A stretch of DNA of 64,000 nucleotides from the NCBI GenBank assembly GCA_037379345.1, contig CM074513.1, positions 46,851,195 through 46,915,194 on the forward strand. The letters are read 5' to 3'. A program made the translations under genes and the position numbers. The notes under the pieces are model-generated. The model did no database searches and had not been told where the DNA came from. It worked only from the letters and a program-made list of their open reading frames with translations. The DNA comes from Perna viridis (taxonomy: Eukaryota). This document shows positions 51,111 to 64,000 of the stretch, in pieces. Each line of letters opens with the position of its first letter. Positions within the stretch are counted from its first letter, which is position 1.

Positions 51111-52358
51111 ACGTTTTGTCCTGAGTGTGTTTGCATTGTCTAGAAAACTCCTCCATTTATTGTTATCAATAATTGAACTATACACATGTTGATAAATATC
51201 CATTAACATATGTTACTAAATATCTACTGATACATGTACATGTATCAATAAATGGAATAAACTCCACAATGGCTTACCATAACCATAAGACAAGTCATAT
51301 ACATATTACAATGCTTCTTTCTTGAAGGTGCATGTGTTGAACTTGCCATTTCACTTTATGTGGGTTAGTTTGGTAAATTTGTACCTCTAATTCTGGACTC
51401 TCAGTTTTTTTAGATTAACAGAAACCAACAGTGCGGTATCGGTCAGTTACATGGATGGCTCTATTTTTAAAATGGTTGGGGCCATGACTCCAAATTAAAT
51501 AGGAGCCTTCCTTTAGAAGTTATAATATAAATTTTATTAAAAAAAATTCATAACAATTCATCAACCATAACTAAGTCATCGCACGAAAATCAAGTGAATA
51601 TGGACGACGACGACACGGACATCCCTGCCAGCACTATGCCAATATACATGTACGATCGCATTTTTTTACGGTGACACTATTATATTAAATATATACATAT
51701 ATATCGCCAGATTCCGGGTTTGAACATGCTCCATTTCCAATTCCCTAAAAAGCCTGCCAATTACTCTTCCTTAGGATCAAATTAGTAGTGTGTGATTTGC
51801 TCAGAATCTACATCTATAAGGTCTTTGTTTTTACATTTGTCCTAGTTAAAACAGTTATCTATCAAAAGAGAATAAAACTGCATAATGGAAAAATTTAGTT
51901 AAGAAAAGTTACAGTCATGTACTCAACAGAAAACATTCGAAATTCTTATGAAACAAAATTAAAATACCGATATACGAAGGACTTTAAGGCTAAATCCATC
52001 CATACTGGCTCATAGCTAGCACTTCAAAATCAATATTTCAACTAAATCTTGTATCAAACAACTTTATCAACTTCTAGATAGTTATATACATTTGTATCCC
52101 GAAAAATGTTTCCTTGGACAAAAACTGTATACTACAGTACTTGTTTTGCAGCTGTATACAATATATCTAGAGGCACTGTCAGTATTATTTGGTTTCAGAA
52201 CCAACATAACCTGTATGTAAATTCAGCACTTCAAAACACTGTAATTAACTTTTCTTTAGAATCCCTATTTCATTAAATCCTGTAAATCTTCTCCACAATT
52301 TAACAAAACTTAGTTATTTTCAAGTATACAATATTTAAGTATGAAGGATAATAAATCA

Positions 52359-54950
52359 TATTTTTATGTACATGTACAAAAAATACTTTATTGGCACGAA
52401 GTCATCAACAGAAAATGATTAATTCAAAAATCATATAAAGAGTTGTCAGTACATGCTGTCTGACATGTACATATATAGCAAAACTAAAAATCGTTGGAGC
52501 TCCTTGGGAATGTACTTACATGTACACTGTACTTTAAAGTGTATATAACCTCTATGTGTATAATGTAGAGTCCCCGAAACTTCACGTTACAGTAATGGGC
52601 AGCTAATGGAACTACCTCAACTTAGCAGATTACTAAATGCCATGAGGTTTGCAACAAAATGTTAAAAAGGTCATATGCATGATATCAGCGTACGTGTGTT
52701 CCTGTCAAGAATTTTCTTTTGTCCTCCTCCACCTTACCTAAAACTCTAAATCTTCCACTGAAGATTCAGCAAATGCTGTAGGCATTACAGCGTGCAGATC
52801 ACAAATTGGATCACTAGGTCACGAATCGACATCAAATCACACGTGATGCTTTTAATGAATTGAATGAATGAACGTGGTCACATGACAACTAATTTCCCCC
52901 GAATACACCATGACCCACATTCACGGGTATGACTATGCCCGAGACTGTGTTAACGCTTTGATGCTTTACACCGTCCGTGAGGGAACCTAGTGATAGCCAA
53001 AGACTTTAGGAAACTCCTCAGTCCGTCATGGATTACAAATACCACATAGAAGTGCAAACTGGGGCTAACAGTATTAAGTATATATGTTAGCACGAAAACG
53101 ACCAAGTATAGGAACAGTCAGCTGATGGTCAGCGTCACTCATATCGTGCAATGGATTGGCTAACAGTGAGTTACGAAAGATTTTTAGGGATTTTAGTGGT
53201 TATTATCTAAAAAGACAATCAAATTATCTACTCGAAGCCACATTATGCTAGCTTTATAAAGCACGAGATGGAGGGTTTATCGGATATACGAAAAGTGCTA
53301 TCATTTTCAACTTTATTGTTATAGTGTTATTTAATTATATTTTTATGTACATATACAAACTTTTATTTATTAGCATGAAGTCATAAACAAAAAATGGTTT
53401 AATTAAAATTCATATTAAGAGTTGTCAGTACATGCAGTCTGACATGTACATATAGAGCAAAACTAAAAATTGCTGGAGCTCCTCGGGAATGTACTTACAT
53501 GTACACTGTACTTTTACGTGTACATAATGTCGATATGTATAATGTAGCGTCCCCGAAACTTCATGTTACATTAATGGGCAGCTAATTGGACTACCCCAAC
53601 GTAACAGATTTACCTCAATGCCATGTTTTTCCAACAAAATAGCTTGCCATACAATCCTAGCACTGCTGGAGTAATAAATAGCCCATCCTATTAGGCCTAA
53701 AAATATGTTATGTTTCCTGTCACCCTATCGACCCTCCTTCAGACCCCTACCCCGAGGTTTCCTGTCACCCTGTCGACCCTGATTCATACTTCCTACCCAA
53801 AAGTTTTTATTTGTTATTTTGAAATATATATATATATATATAAGTCGGCCCGATTGTCTTTCAGAAAAAAAAAGTAGAAAATAAAGCCATAGATGTTATT
53901 CTATCCTAGATGGAAACACGAAGAGAAAATTGTTTATTTATATTTAGATTCGATTGTAAACACACATGCCATGAGTGTGCTCGTGGTAATCCCTTTTGGG
54001 ATTCGGCACTTGAATTAAATTTTTTGTGTTTTGACCACCACTGTCAAAAAAATATATATTTCAAGCGCCGAATCCCAAAAGGGATTAGGCTGTGGACTAA
54101 GTCTATTAGTTTTTGCATAATTGGTTCATTGTATTCTAAGTTTGGTGTCACTATGACTTATTCCATTTTAAAAATTTTAAATAAAAATAAATCCCTTCCC
54201 AACGACCCGACAAAATTTTAGAAGGTGATCGGAAACATAACATTATTTTTTTGGCCTTGGAGATTTCTAATCAATTGACTGGCGTGCACCATTAAGTTGA
54301 CCTACCTTTCTGTCTTATATGCAGTTGGAAGTGTTGATTTTATCCCCAAATAAAGCGGGGTCAAAGATTCAGCAAATGCTATAGGCTGTATAATACACAG
54401 CATACAGATTACAGATTGGATCACTAGGTCACAGATCGACATTAAATCACGTGATAATGCATTTAATGAAATTAATGAATGAACGTGGTCACATGACAAC
54501 TAATTTCCCCGAATACACCATGACCCACATTCATGACTATGTTGTATGACCATGCCCGGGGACTGGGTAAACGCTTCAATGCTTTTTACTGTCCGTGAGA
54601 GACCCAAATGATAGCTAAGGGCGTTAAAAAACCCCTCTGCCCGTCAAGTATTACAAATACCATATACGAGTGCAATCTGGTCTAATAGTATTGAGTATAT
54701 ATGTTAGCACGATAACGAAAATTAAACAAAGTATAGGAACAGTCAGCTGATGGTCGGCGTCACTCATATCGTGAAAATGATTGGCTAATACTGTGTTACG
54801 AAAGACTTTTGGGGATTTTAGTGGTTTATTTCCACAAAGACAGTCAAATTATCTGCTCAAAGCAACGATGGCCTAGCTTTATAATGCACGAAATGAAGGG
54901 TGTAACGGGTATACATAAAGTGCTATCGTTTTCAATTTACAGTGTTATTT
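52359..54950. repeat. Diverged ~1-kb tandem duplication (copy 1 52359-53335; copy 2 53338-54950, containing a MITE)
   Basis: Colinear blocks gagttgtcagtacatgc.gtctgacatgtacat, aagattcagcaaatgct, gaacgtggtcacatgacaactaatttcccc, aagtataggaacagtcagctgatggtc. Confidence 0.92.
53693..54257. mobile_element. MITE with ~30-bp TIRs and a nested 28-bp inverted repeat (53987-54014 / 54060-54087)
   Basis: aggcctaaaaatatgttatgtttcctgtcacc versus ggtgatcggaaacataacattatttttttggcct; absent from duplicate copy 1. Confidence 0.8.
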
Positions 54951-55802
54951 AACTACTATAATCTAAACTGTACATTCAGTCTATGACATTCCTATGTTAT
55001 ATAAACCAATACAACAAATCTAGCGATAATTTTACATTTATGGTAACAGATATTAACTACAAATTTAATATGCATTTGTTTTTAGATCTCTAGATCTATA
55101 ATAGATGCTATGGGCGTTTTATTTCTAAAAATAGAATTTATAAACAAATCATTACTTAGAAATGGTTAAGGTGATGGTTGCATTTATGTGTTATACATGA
55201 CCCTGGGTGAAAAACAGTACATTTGATGTGATGTTATGTTGTTTTGTACTGACAAATAACCTATACAGTTAATATGTCTGAGTTACGTATGAAGCGCTTT
55301 ATTTGGAGGCATATTTCGTATGATAGATGGGAAGGTTTTCATTTAATTGGACCGGCAAATCCACTAAGTGTTTCTTCCCTACAAAAAGTCATTAAAACGC
55401 TTATATCTTTTGATCGATAAGTGTTAGGTTTGTCTATTTAAGCATATCACGACGAAAAACATAAATATAATCAGCTAAAACTGCTGCTTAATTATGCTAT
55501 TTTTCAAATGTGGTTTCTTTAAGCTATGAAACGGCCCACACGGTAAAATGCCTTGACGCGTTTGGGTATGTAAATCAACAGTCTTTACAAAGTTGGTTGC
55601 TTGTTGATCGCCATTCAGATTTTGTTTAGTTTAAGTTTTAATTGTTATAAAAAAAACTGTAAGCATTTCATGGCCATCTTTTTACTTTCATGATAAGTTG
55701 CTTATCGCTATATCATAATAACGTAATGCTCACAAAGATATGATCATGATGAGATCTATTAGTTGTCAAATTGTTTTTGGTAAATCTGTTGAACCTTTTA
55801 AT

Positions 55803-56115
55803 TAGGTCGAGGATACCAATTTACATACATTTTCCTTCTGTAGAAAAAAAAAAAACGTGTCAATTATAAGTCAGATATTTTAACCATTTCAAAATATAAG
55901 CATAACGTATAAAATTTTGCATATCAGTCCTTTACGCTTTAATATAATTCTACAATAATGTTTATCACGAAGTTAATAGATTATTTTTTTGTTGTTTTAT
56001 ATAAAATGAAAAAAATAATAAAAAAAATATAAAACAATAGATTTTATGGAAATTTAGGGTCGATTATGCTTTTCACAGAAAGATGTATGTAAAATTATTG
56101 TGTATCCTCGACCTA
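55803..56115. mobile_element. MITE / foldback element
   Basis: TIR taggtcgaggatac / gtatcctcgaccta, with further internal inverted similarity (tttacatacat / atgtatgtaaa). Confidence 0.75.
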
Positions 56116-56689
56116 GTTGAAAGTATTTCCAGAGGACAAACATAATCATGAAAATGCCTTATAATTCGATGGAAAAAAAGTGCAGTTACATAAGAATACT
56201 AGTTTTATGAAATAGTGGAATTTTGTCATAGAAAGGTAATAATACATTATGTCATTTAAAGTGCTAAATAATTAAAAGTTATTTAAGCAAAATTTCGATT
56301 AAATCTGAAATAGAAAACAAATATTAACATAATCTTCTTTTTGAGAGATCGATTTTGCTGAAAAACTACAGAGGCAGTCCACTTTGTGCAAAGTAATGCA
56401 GAAGCAATTCGTTCATCAATAGACTCATCTAGAGGGCCATAGCTGGATTGATTATTTATAGCAGAATCTGCATTCTTTAAACCTAAGTACACTCATTTAT
56501 TAAAATCCATTGCATGATTAGGTACGTTATTCTTCTGTATGGACAAAAAATCGAGAAACTGTTTTGGAGCTAGTACTAAGATTTTAAATTAAGTACTTGA
56601 TACCAGTATTAAACCAGAACTGTGGTCACAAAGAATCATTGTACCTATTTATAGGAACAAATGTTTTGTATCCAATCCAAATAATTATA

Positions 56690-57300
56690 GAGGAATTACA
56701 CTGAATTCATGCTTAGTTAAGGAAAATTTTCTCACTCATTCATGGGAAGACTTACTAAGTTCTCTAAAAAAAACTCTTATCGAAAGGGTTATTCTACTCT
56801 GATATGATTTTGTACATTGTATAACATTATCATTTACTTATATACTTTTTAGAAAGTAAAAAACTGTTTAGCGCATTTGTTGACTTACAAAAAGCATTAG
56901 ACACTATTTGGAGATATGGTCTGAGGCTAAAAAAATCCAATATAGCAGAAAAAAAAATATTTTCAATTATTTTTAACATGTATTAGAATATAAAAACGTT
57001 TAAGGCATGGAAGAAAAATGTCCGCATTTTTTAGATGTGTTATTGGTGTGCGACAAGGAGAAAATCTAGCATTTATAGAAAATTCATGTCCTGAAATATT
57101 TGATATATACGTATAGCCATTTCTCATGCTTTTATTGCAAGAATGTATTTTAAAAGATCAAGCCCAAAAAGCTCTTTTTGCTGTCTATAGGATACTTAAA
57201 CACATTACACTGCCAATAGATTGTGTGATGCTTTATATTTTTCTGAGGTCTTGGGTTTTTGAAACATGCAAAACATTTAAAAGAGGCATCTGAATTTTAT
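56690..57300 (+). mobile_element. Decayed LINE RT fragment
   Basis: AFVDLQKALDTIWRYGL; IGVRQGENL. Confidence 0.7.
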
Positions 57301-57763
57301 GGTTTATACGAAAAGACCAAAGGCGATTGGCCATATATTTGGCCCTCATATTTTGGAATTTTTCATCATTGATGAATCATTGCCAAATTTTATAAAATAC
57401 CACATTTATAATTTTAGAAAGTAAAATTTCAAAAAATCTTTACGTTAGTACGTCAGATTGTGTCCTAAAATGGACAGAATGTTCATTTTTTCGTGACTTT
57501 AGGAGATATATGCCAATAGATAATTAAAAGTTTACTATCTCCGCAAGCATGGACCAATTCTGACTTTGTAAGCAATTCTAACAGCATTTAAAATTTCTCC
57601 ATGTATAACATTTATTTAATCCACGACTGTCAATAATTACGAAAAAACATAGTTCAGCATACATGCGATCCCCGTTGACTGGTCTGTATTCCAACTGAAA
57701 ACCGACAAAAACTTACAGTATGGTTCTGCCTAAAAACGTGAGAGGCGGCGATCATCATATTTT

Positions 57764-57912
57764 ATGTTTGTTTGTTTGTTTGTTGGGGTTTAACGTCCGA
57801 GCAGCAATATTTCAGCTATGTTCAGACAATGAACATGAAATGGATGATAAAATGAACATGAAATGAAAAAAAAAAGGATGGGTCACAAGGATAATAGGGT
57901 CGACAAATTTAT
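57764..57912 (-). mobile_element. 3' fragment of the SINE at 49166
   Basis: (tgtt)n ggggtttaacg.ccgagcagcaatatttcagctat...atgaacatgaaatggatgataaaatg. Confidence 0.85.
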
Positions 57913-59143
57913 TTTAGGATAATCAATAAAACTGCATAATTAAAATATATTTGTTAGGTCTTAAAAACATCTTTTCCTGTGTTCATGTGTACTGCTACTC
58001 ATCGTGAAATATGTTTTGACTGGTTATAGTGTAAAACTTGTGAGGGAAATTATTGTCGAACCTATTCTGTAGTAGAACATTACCAAATTTTAAGTTTTAA
58101 TATCTCCGGTGGACTACTTTTATCTGCACTTATATTTCCTTATACAGGTAAGCACTATGCGTATAAAAACATCGTAAAAATCATTGTGCATTGTGAAGTT
58201 TGCGTACAAAAGTATGTTGGCGAGGAAAACATTTGAAATGCTTTTTTGTATTTATATCGACCGTATAGACTTTACCTTTAGGGTAACTATGCAACAAGTT
58301 CATGAACACAACCACCATGTGTTCTATCAGGTTTGTGTTCGGTTGTACTTCTGAAAGACCTGCTGCGTTTCCGGGCACCTAAACATAAATATTGTGCGCT
58401 GCATTTGCTTAAATAAATTATCTTGCCAACTTTGTAAATGAGTAACTGTGTTCCATGATTCTATTGGTTACACTGTTTTCTTATAAGTAAAACAATCAAA
58501 CTAACTTGTAACTTCCAACTATTTATATTTACTGTTCATGTTGTAGAACACAAATTCAAAAATATTTTCCACATTTTTGTATCCATCTGGAATGATAGGA
58601 AACTATAAATGTAATGAAGATCTCCATCCACCAGTAATATGGGGAAAAAATCTTTAGATTTTACAAGAGTCAACTGAGTAGTTCATGCATGCAAATCATA
58701 TATTATGAGTTGTGTAGGCTCTACATAAATTACAGACAATAACGAACAATACAATAATGACAGAAAATCGTTTAGAAATCTTAATTTCGTTCCAGGTTTT
58801 TCATGATTATTTGCAAATATGCAGTTATCGCATTATCAGTTTATTAGCAATGTCTCTTGGAAATCAGAGAGGTAAAAAAAAACATAAAATAACAATAACC
58901 TAACTTTTTTTTGTTTTTATTTTATTTGGTTTGGTTTTGTTTTGTTTTTTTTTTGTATGCAATCACTTACAGACTTTTAAATAACATTCCAGATAAGAAT
59001 AATGCTTATTTTTTACTATTCTGTATTCATAATATATTATGTTCGAAAAGTGATCTTTTTTCCTCATTATATTAGAGTGAAAATCACTTAAGACACAACA
59101 ATGGATGTTTTAATCATGTAAACTCTGTTACTATACATCTTTA

Positions 59144-60094
59144 ATATACAGAAGATGTTTACAAATTGCTGGAATTTTAATCGACAACATATTTGTCCAG
59201 TGTGGTGGACGTGTTTTTGAATAAACGGTTGGCATTCCAATGGAAACAAATTGTGCTCCTTTACTTGCTGACCTATTCCGTCACTCTTATGAGGCTGACT
59301 TTATAGCTGATCTGATCCGAAATAAAGAAAATCGTTTGGCTAGATCCTTTAATCTCAGTTTCCGTTATATAGATGACGTACTATCTTTAAACAATTCAAA
59401 TTTCGGGGACTTGATACATCGCATCTGCCCCAAAGAACTTGAGATAAAGGATACTACAGACACTGTGAAGTCAGCCTTATATCTTGACTTATACTTAGAA
59501 ATCGATGGTAAAGGAAAACTATTGACCAAACTTTACGACAAACGTGATGACTTTTCATTCAAAATTGTCAACTTTCCTTTCATCTGTGGCATCCCTTCAG
59601 CACCTGCGTATGGAGTGTTCATATCATAACTCATACGTTATGCCAGAGCTTGCCGAAACTACGCAGATTTTTTGTATCGCGCTAGAAGTCTAACAAATAG
59701 GCTTCTGGAATAGGGTTATTTTGCTACAGAAGTTTTATGGTCGTCATCATGAATTAGTGGATCGTTATGGTGTATCCATCTGCACCATGAAAACTGATTT
59801 ATTCAACGGGTCATAATTTTCCTTTCCTCGTTTGCCTACCCCGGACTTGACTTTTTATGAGCAACTCGGCGGATGTTTCTAGAAAAGCAGAGGACGCTTA
59901 CCCTACCGGTGCACCTGGTCCATGCTCCCAGTTTTTAGTGGAGTCCGAGTTGCTCTTTGCTTTTGTTACTTTGTATGGATGATTTTAGTTACTTTGTGTC
60001 CTTTGTTGTGTATGTCTGTTTTCCATGTCTGGTCTTTGTCTCTGGATTACTGGATTACATTCTTTTGATTACCTTGTTTCCCTTGATTACTCTT
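59144..60094 (+). mobile_element. 5'-truncated Naiad-type PLE (RT 3' half plus tail)
   Basis: VGIPMETNCAPLLADLF...FRYIDDVLSLNN...YLDL...LYDKRDDF; ends gattactctt. Confidence 0.93.
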
Positions 60095-60228
60095 GTAGAT
60101 GCTTGTTAACTCATTTTATAAATTGCGAATATTTTGCTGATTTTTATGAAAGAACTTAACGGCTGTTGCAAAGGTCAATGTGTCCGTTATCTAACGGTTC
60201 CCTTCCAATGGTAACATTTGTTAAAATA

Positions 60229-60457
60229 CAATGAAACCTGACTTAATCGACTTTAAAATATGTTCGGTTTAGACAGCTATTCGGTTTACCAATTTAAAAA
60301 AAGTGTCTGGTTTAGACAGGTCTTGGATTATTCAGGTTTGGTTTAGACTTGTGTTCGGCTTATTCAGGGTTTGGTTAGGACATGTGATTGGATTATACAG
60401 GGTTTTGTAAAACATATGTTCGGATTATTCAGGGTTTAGCTTAGACAGGTTTCACTA
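60229..60457. mobile_element. Tc1/mariner(pogo)-type MITE with internal ~31-bp tandem repeats
   Basis: ta|caatgaaacctg ... caggtttcacta|ta; repeated ttcggattattcagggtttggtttagaca. Confidence 0.75.
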
Positions 60458-61499
60458 TAATCTTATTGAATACAAAAAATATCCTTTTCCACTTTTTTTT
60501 CCATTCCCATTAACATAAATATTCTCCTTTTCGCACAATATGACATGACCTCAAACGAGCACTACACTAAGTGACAGATTTTTCCAGGATAACCTTGTCC
60601 TACCTTATCTGAGATTCATGTTATTCCTTTTTTGTGTATATTTTCTCCCCCACACCTTATATTTTTTTACAGACACCAAATAAAGCCATTCTTTTCCTCC
60701 CATTCTCATTCTTTTTTCCATATGTTACGTCAACATTTTATCGAACGATTCTTCTCATTACTTTGAAATATACCAGTATGTTTCGTTCTTGTGTAAGCTG
60801 ATGTCGAAAAAAAAAACCGGATACATAAACTAAATATGAGACAGTTTAATACCAGCAATCACCATATTCTAGTACATTTATAATAGAATGTACTGTTATG
60901 AATACTTATCCTTAAGTCTTTAGGATTTAAGCTAATCGGACAAAAGCAATTTACGATGCAAATAGTTCAGTCTGGAATGTGGTCTTATTGAATAACATTG
61001 TCCTATTTTCTCTATTTGACACTCGGGCTATACATGGCAAATTTCGCTCTATTTATTGTAGAAAAACATCAGCTTGGCATGTACTTCTAATAAATTTAGT
61101 TAACATGATGACATTTATATGAATCATATATCAAAATCGAACGAACAAACAAAGCAATGGGAATTAAAATGATCATTCGATTTTGATGACTGAATATAAA
61201 TTATGATCTTATGACCAAGAAAAGACATTTGAAATCCATCTTGATAGAGTGCAAAACTGTAGCTTATGAGGGCGACTGATTGTCAATTGCAATGTTGTAT
61301 GACAGCCTTGTTACGATCTGCTAGTTTTATACTACTGTTTACAAATCTTCTTCTGGTAGTAGGCCATCATCTGCCTTTTGAACCACCTCCTCATCTTCTG
61401 TGTCTGATTTTATACTGTTCTGTCCGGCGGCGATTGTCGCACGTTAGTTTCAAAATTGGTCTTGACTTTCCTAGTGTTGATCTAGTCTTCTCTCAAATG

Positions 61500-63090
61500 T
61501 TAATAATGTCTTAGCGGATACAATATGTCCTGGTAAGCTATTCCAGTTGTAATCTAGTCTATTACAGTACAAATTCTTTCTAATATTCAATCTGCACCTC
61601 TCTTATATATTTTATGTTTGTCTTCTGGTATTATAACTTTCTGACTTTTGCATGTGAAATTTGTTAGACGCTTCTTTCTCGAATTTGCCACTAATGATCT
61701 TATAAACTTCTATCATGTCACCTTGTGATTTTCTATATGTCAAAATAGGAAGCTTTAACCGACGAAGTCGGTCTTTGTTTGATAGTTCTGATAGTCCTGG
61801 TACTAGTTTTGTTGCTCTTCGCTGCATATTTTCTGTTAAATCGATATGATTATTGAATATGGATTCCAAACTGCATTGGCGTATTCAAGACGTGGTTTTA
61901 CTAGACTAACATATAGTAATCTAAATGTTTTTACATCTAGGTATTCACAATAACACCTACGATGGAATTAGCTTTGTTTACGTTCTCCGTGATGTGTTTG
62001 TCAAATGATACCTTGTTACCAATTGTCACTCCAACCTCTTTTTCTGCGATAGATTCATCCATTGGCTTGTATCCTTCCTTCAAATTATACTGATATTTGT
62101 CTTACTTTGATAAACCGATTCTCTTTTTTTGCATTTGTCTGGGTGGAACTTGAGCATCCACTTTTCTGACCTAATTCTTTTCTACTCAACCTTCTAACCT
62201 AATTTCTAATCTTTAATCTTCTTTCTATTCCTTTCTAGTTGGTTCATTAGGATTAGTACGTAATCTACTCTTCAAACGTTTCTTTTTCTTAATTTTAGAC
62301 TTAGCTTTTCTAATTTACGGACAATCTTTTTTATCTGTTTTACATGAGTTATTCTTTTTCACTTTACATTTTGGTATACATCTTTAGCCTCATTCATTTT
62401 GAATACACATACGGACCATTGTTCATGTATGTCGTTATACGACTTGCCTTTCCCATGGATGGCCCCTGACCAGAAACGGAAACTTTCAACTTTTATCTTC
62501 GTCTTCTAATCGTTTTGCTTCTTTCTTCAAAGTCAACTGTCTCTACCGCTCCTCCTGTGTCAAGTCATTATTTATAAAAAATGTTTGAAGTATTCTGAAT
62601 CAACATTTTTAAGTTTATGCACATTTTTCATAATAACTGCTTTAGCACTTTCTTTAAATGTTACTACCAAAAGCCTTTTTTTTCACCATGCACTTTACTG
62701 GGTTTTTCTTACCAATACGTTTGTTATTAATAATGTAATTAGTTTCTATCCCAACGTCTATTTTATCAGTCATTTCAGTTATGGCATTCCTTTCTCCTCT
62801 TATGACTTCTTTCTTTCAATTACTGTATTGCTCAGTTACATTGAACATTACAATATTGTTTTTACGATTTATTCTAGCATGCATCTCATTTGTTGCTTTC
62901 TTACTAATAGTATCTGCATTATTTAATTTACTTGTTTCACCAGACTGGGTAGCGCCACTAATTTTACAAGAGTCACTTACAATCTGTTTTACTTCTTCTA
63001 TAATTTCATATTTAATTGTATCAAATGTGTTTTGAACCTCATGTACTTCAGATTCTAACTTCCCCATTCTCTTGTCAACTTTTGTTAGTC
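61500..63090 (-). mobile_element. CR1-type LINE relic (ORF1 fragment plus internally deleted ORF2 3' end)
   Basis: ENMQRRATKLVPGLSELS..RLRRLKLPILTYR..GDMIEVYKI; WMLKFHPDKC; ORF1-like RKNNIVMFNVTE. Confidence 0.85.
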
Positions 63091-63414
63091 AGCCATGTAT
63101 GTGTTTGTTTGTTTATTCAGATTAGACTTTCTCTTGTGTTACATACAGTTATTGTCTTGAAATATGGGACTAAAAATTTGAATTAAGAGTTTTCTTACAC
63201 CTTACTCAATTACATACTAAAATAACGGACTGAAAAAAAAGTTGGCTGGCAAACTTCCTTCTTGTTTATTGATTATTACGGGCCATTTCCAACAATAAGT
63301 ATTTAATGTAAATAATGTTCACCCACTTGATAGATATGAAAAGAAAACAAAGCAAACAAACCATGATAAATGCCAATTTTTGTGAACTAAAAGTACGGGT
63401 TGTAAACAAAGCAA

Positions 63415-63712
63415 TGATTGATTGATTGATTGTTGTGGTTTAACGCCCTAGCAGCAATATTTCAGCTATATTCGGGCGATGAACATGAAATGGATGATAA
63501 AATTAACATGAAATGATGATAAAATGAAAAATGGGATGGGGCACAAGGATAATGGGGTCGAGAAATTTAATTTTGATTTCCATTGGAAATAGGCAGAAGT
63601 GGGTAGGGTCGGATAATTTAGCCTCCTGTGGCGGAGCCCAATGGTTCCTACTCAGGGAGAATACCACAGAAGGATTCTAGTTTACGTGCAAGGGACGTTG
63701 TATCTTTCCCAA
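63415..63712 (-). mobile_element. 5'-truncated copy of the SINE at 49166, with an (AATC)n tail
   Basis: Colinear with 49170-49450 (ggtttaacgccc...gcctcctgtggcggagccc.atggttcct...gggagaataccac). Confidence 0.88.
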
Positions 63713-64000
63713 CAATCTTTGAGATTTTAGATTTGGCTACAAGCAGTATAGATAACAATGTGGATGCAGGGGACACCGATATGTACCCGTTATCTGTATA
63801 ATATATTCTTTTGATTGCAACTGCTATGGTTATGTATGCCTCAGTAGAGGTTGCCTCAACAGGACGAAAGCAGTTGATATTTGTGCTCTGACAATTGATA
63901 TGAACTATAGTTTGGACAAGGTGACTTTGGTTAACAGGTTTTTTTTCCATGTGATTCATCTTCTGAATGTTCACCAACAATACTCCAAAGGATTTAAATG

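Noticed and set aside
63648-63980. 110-aa ORF at the window end
   Set aside because: No recognisable motifs; it runs into a SINE fragment and starts at a non-ATG codon.

Overview
AT-rich, intron-containing animal DNA. The repeat repertoire and gene content suggest a bivalve mollusc, probably an oyster (inference, not proven). Two host genes can be supported. (1) A multi-exon IL-17 receptor-like gene on + (ectodomain, TM, SEFIR): ten phase-consistent exons from 2272 to 15992 give 769 codons plus stop, with a tentative 5' exon at about 1674-1760. (2) A single-coding-exon class A GPCR on - (27865-28908) that keeps the aminergic D3.32/W7.40 pair but has lost DRY, NPxxY and D2.50. The rest is mostly mobile DNA. 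A family of Penelope-like retroelements with the GIY-YIG endonuclease N-terminal to the RT (Naiad-type) has a near-full copy at 47628-51110, four truncated copies and several solo 3' tails. There are also CR1/L2, RTE and DIRS relics, SINEs, Helentron/HINE-like elements, MITEs, a 43-bp satellite and a ~1-kb tandem duplication. The most notable non-coding signal is an intact minimal type I hammerhead ribozyme (47566-47607, -) about 20 nt beyond the Naiad 3' end, at the edge of a decayed tandem array of hammerhead-like units (46380-47625). A TSD-flanked non-tRNA SINE with a pseudoknot-prone 5' head sits inside the same Naiad copy. All calls are from manual reading; no database searches were run.
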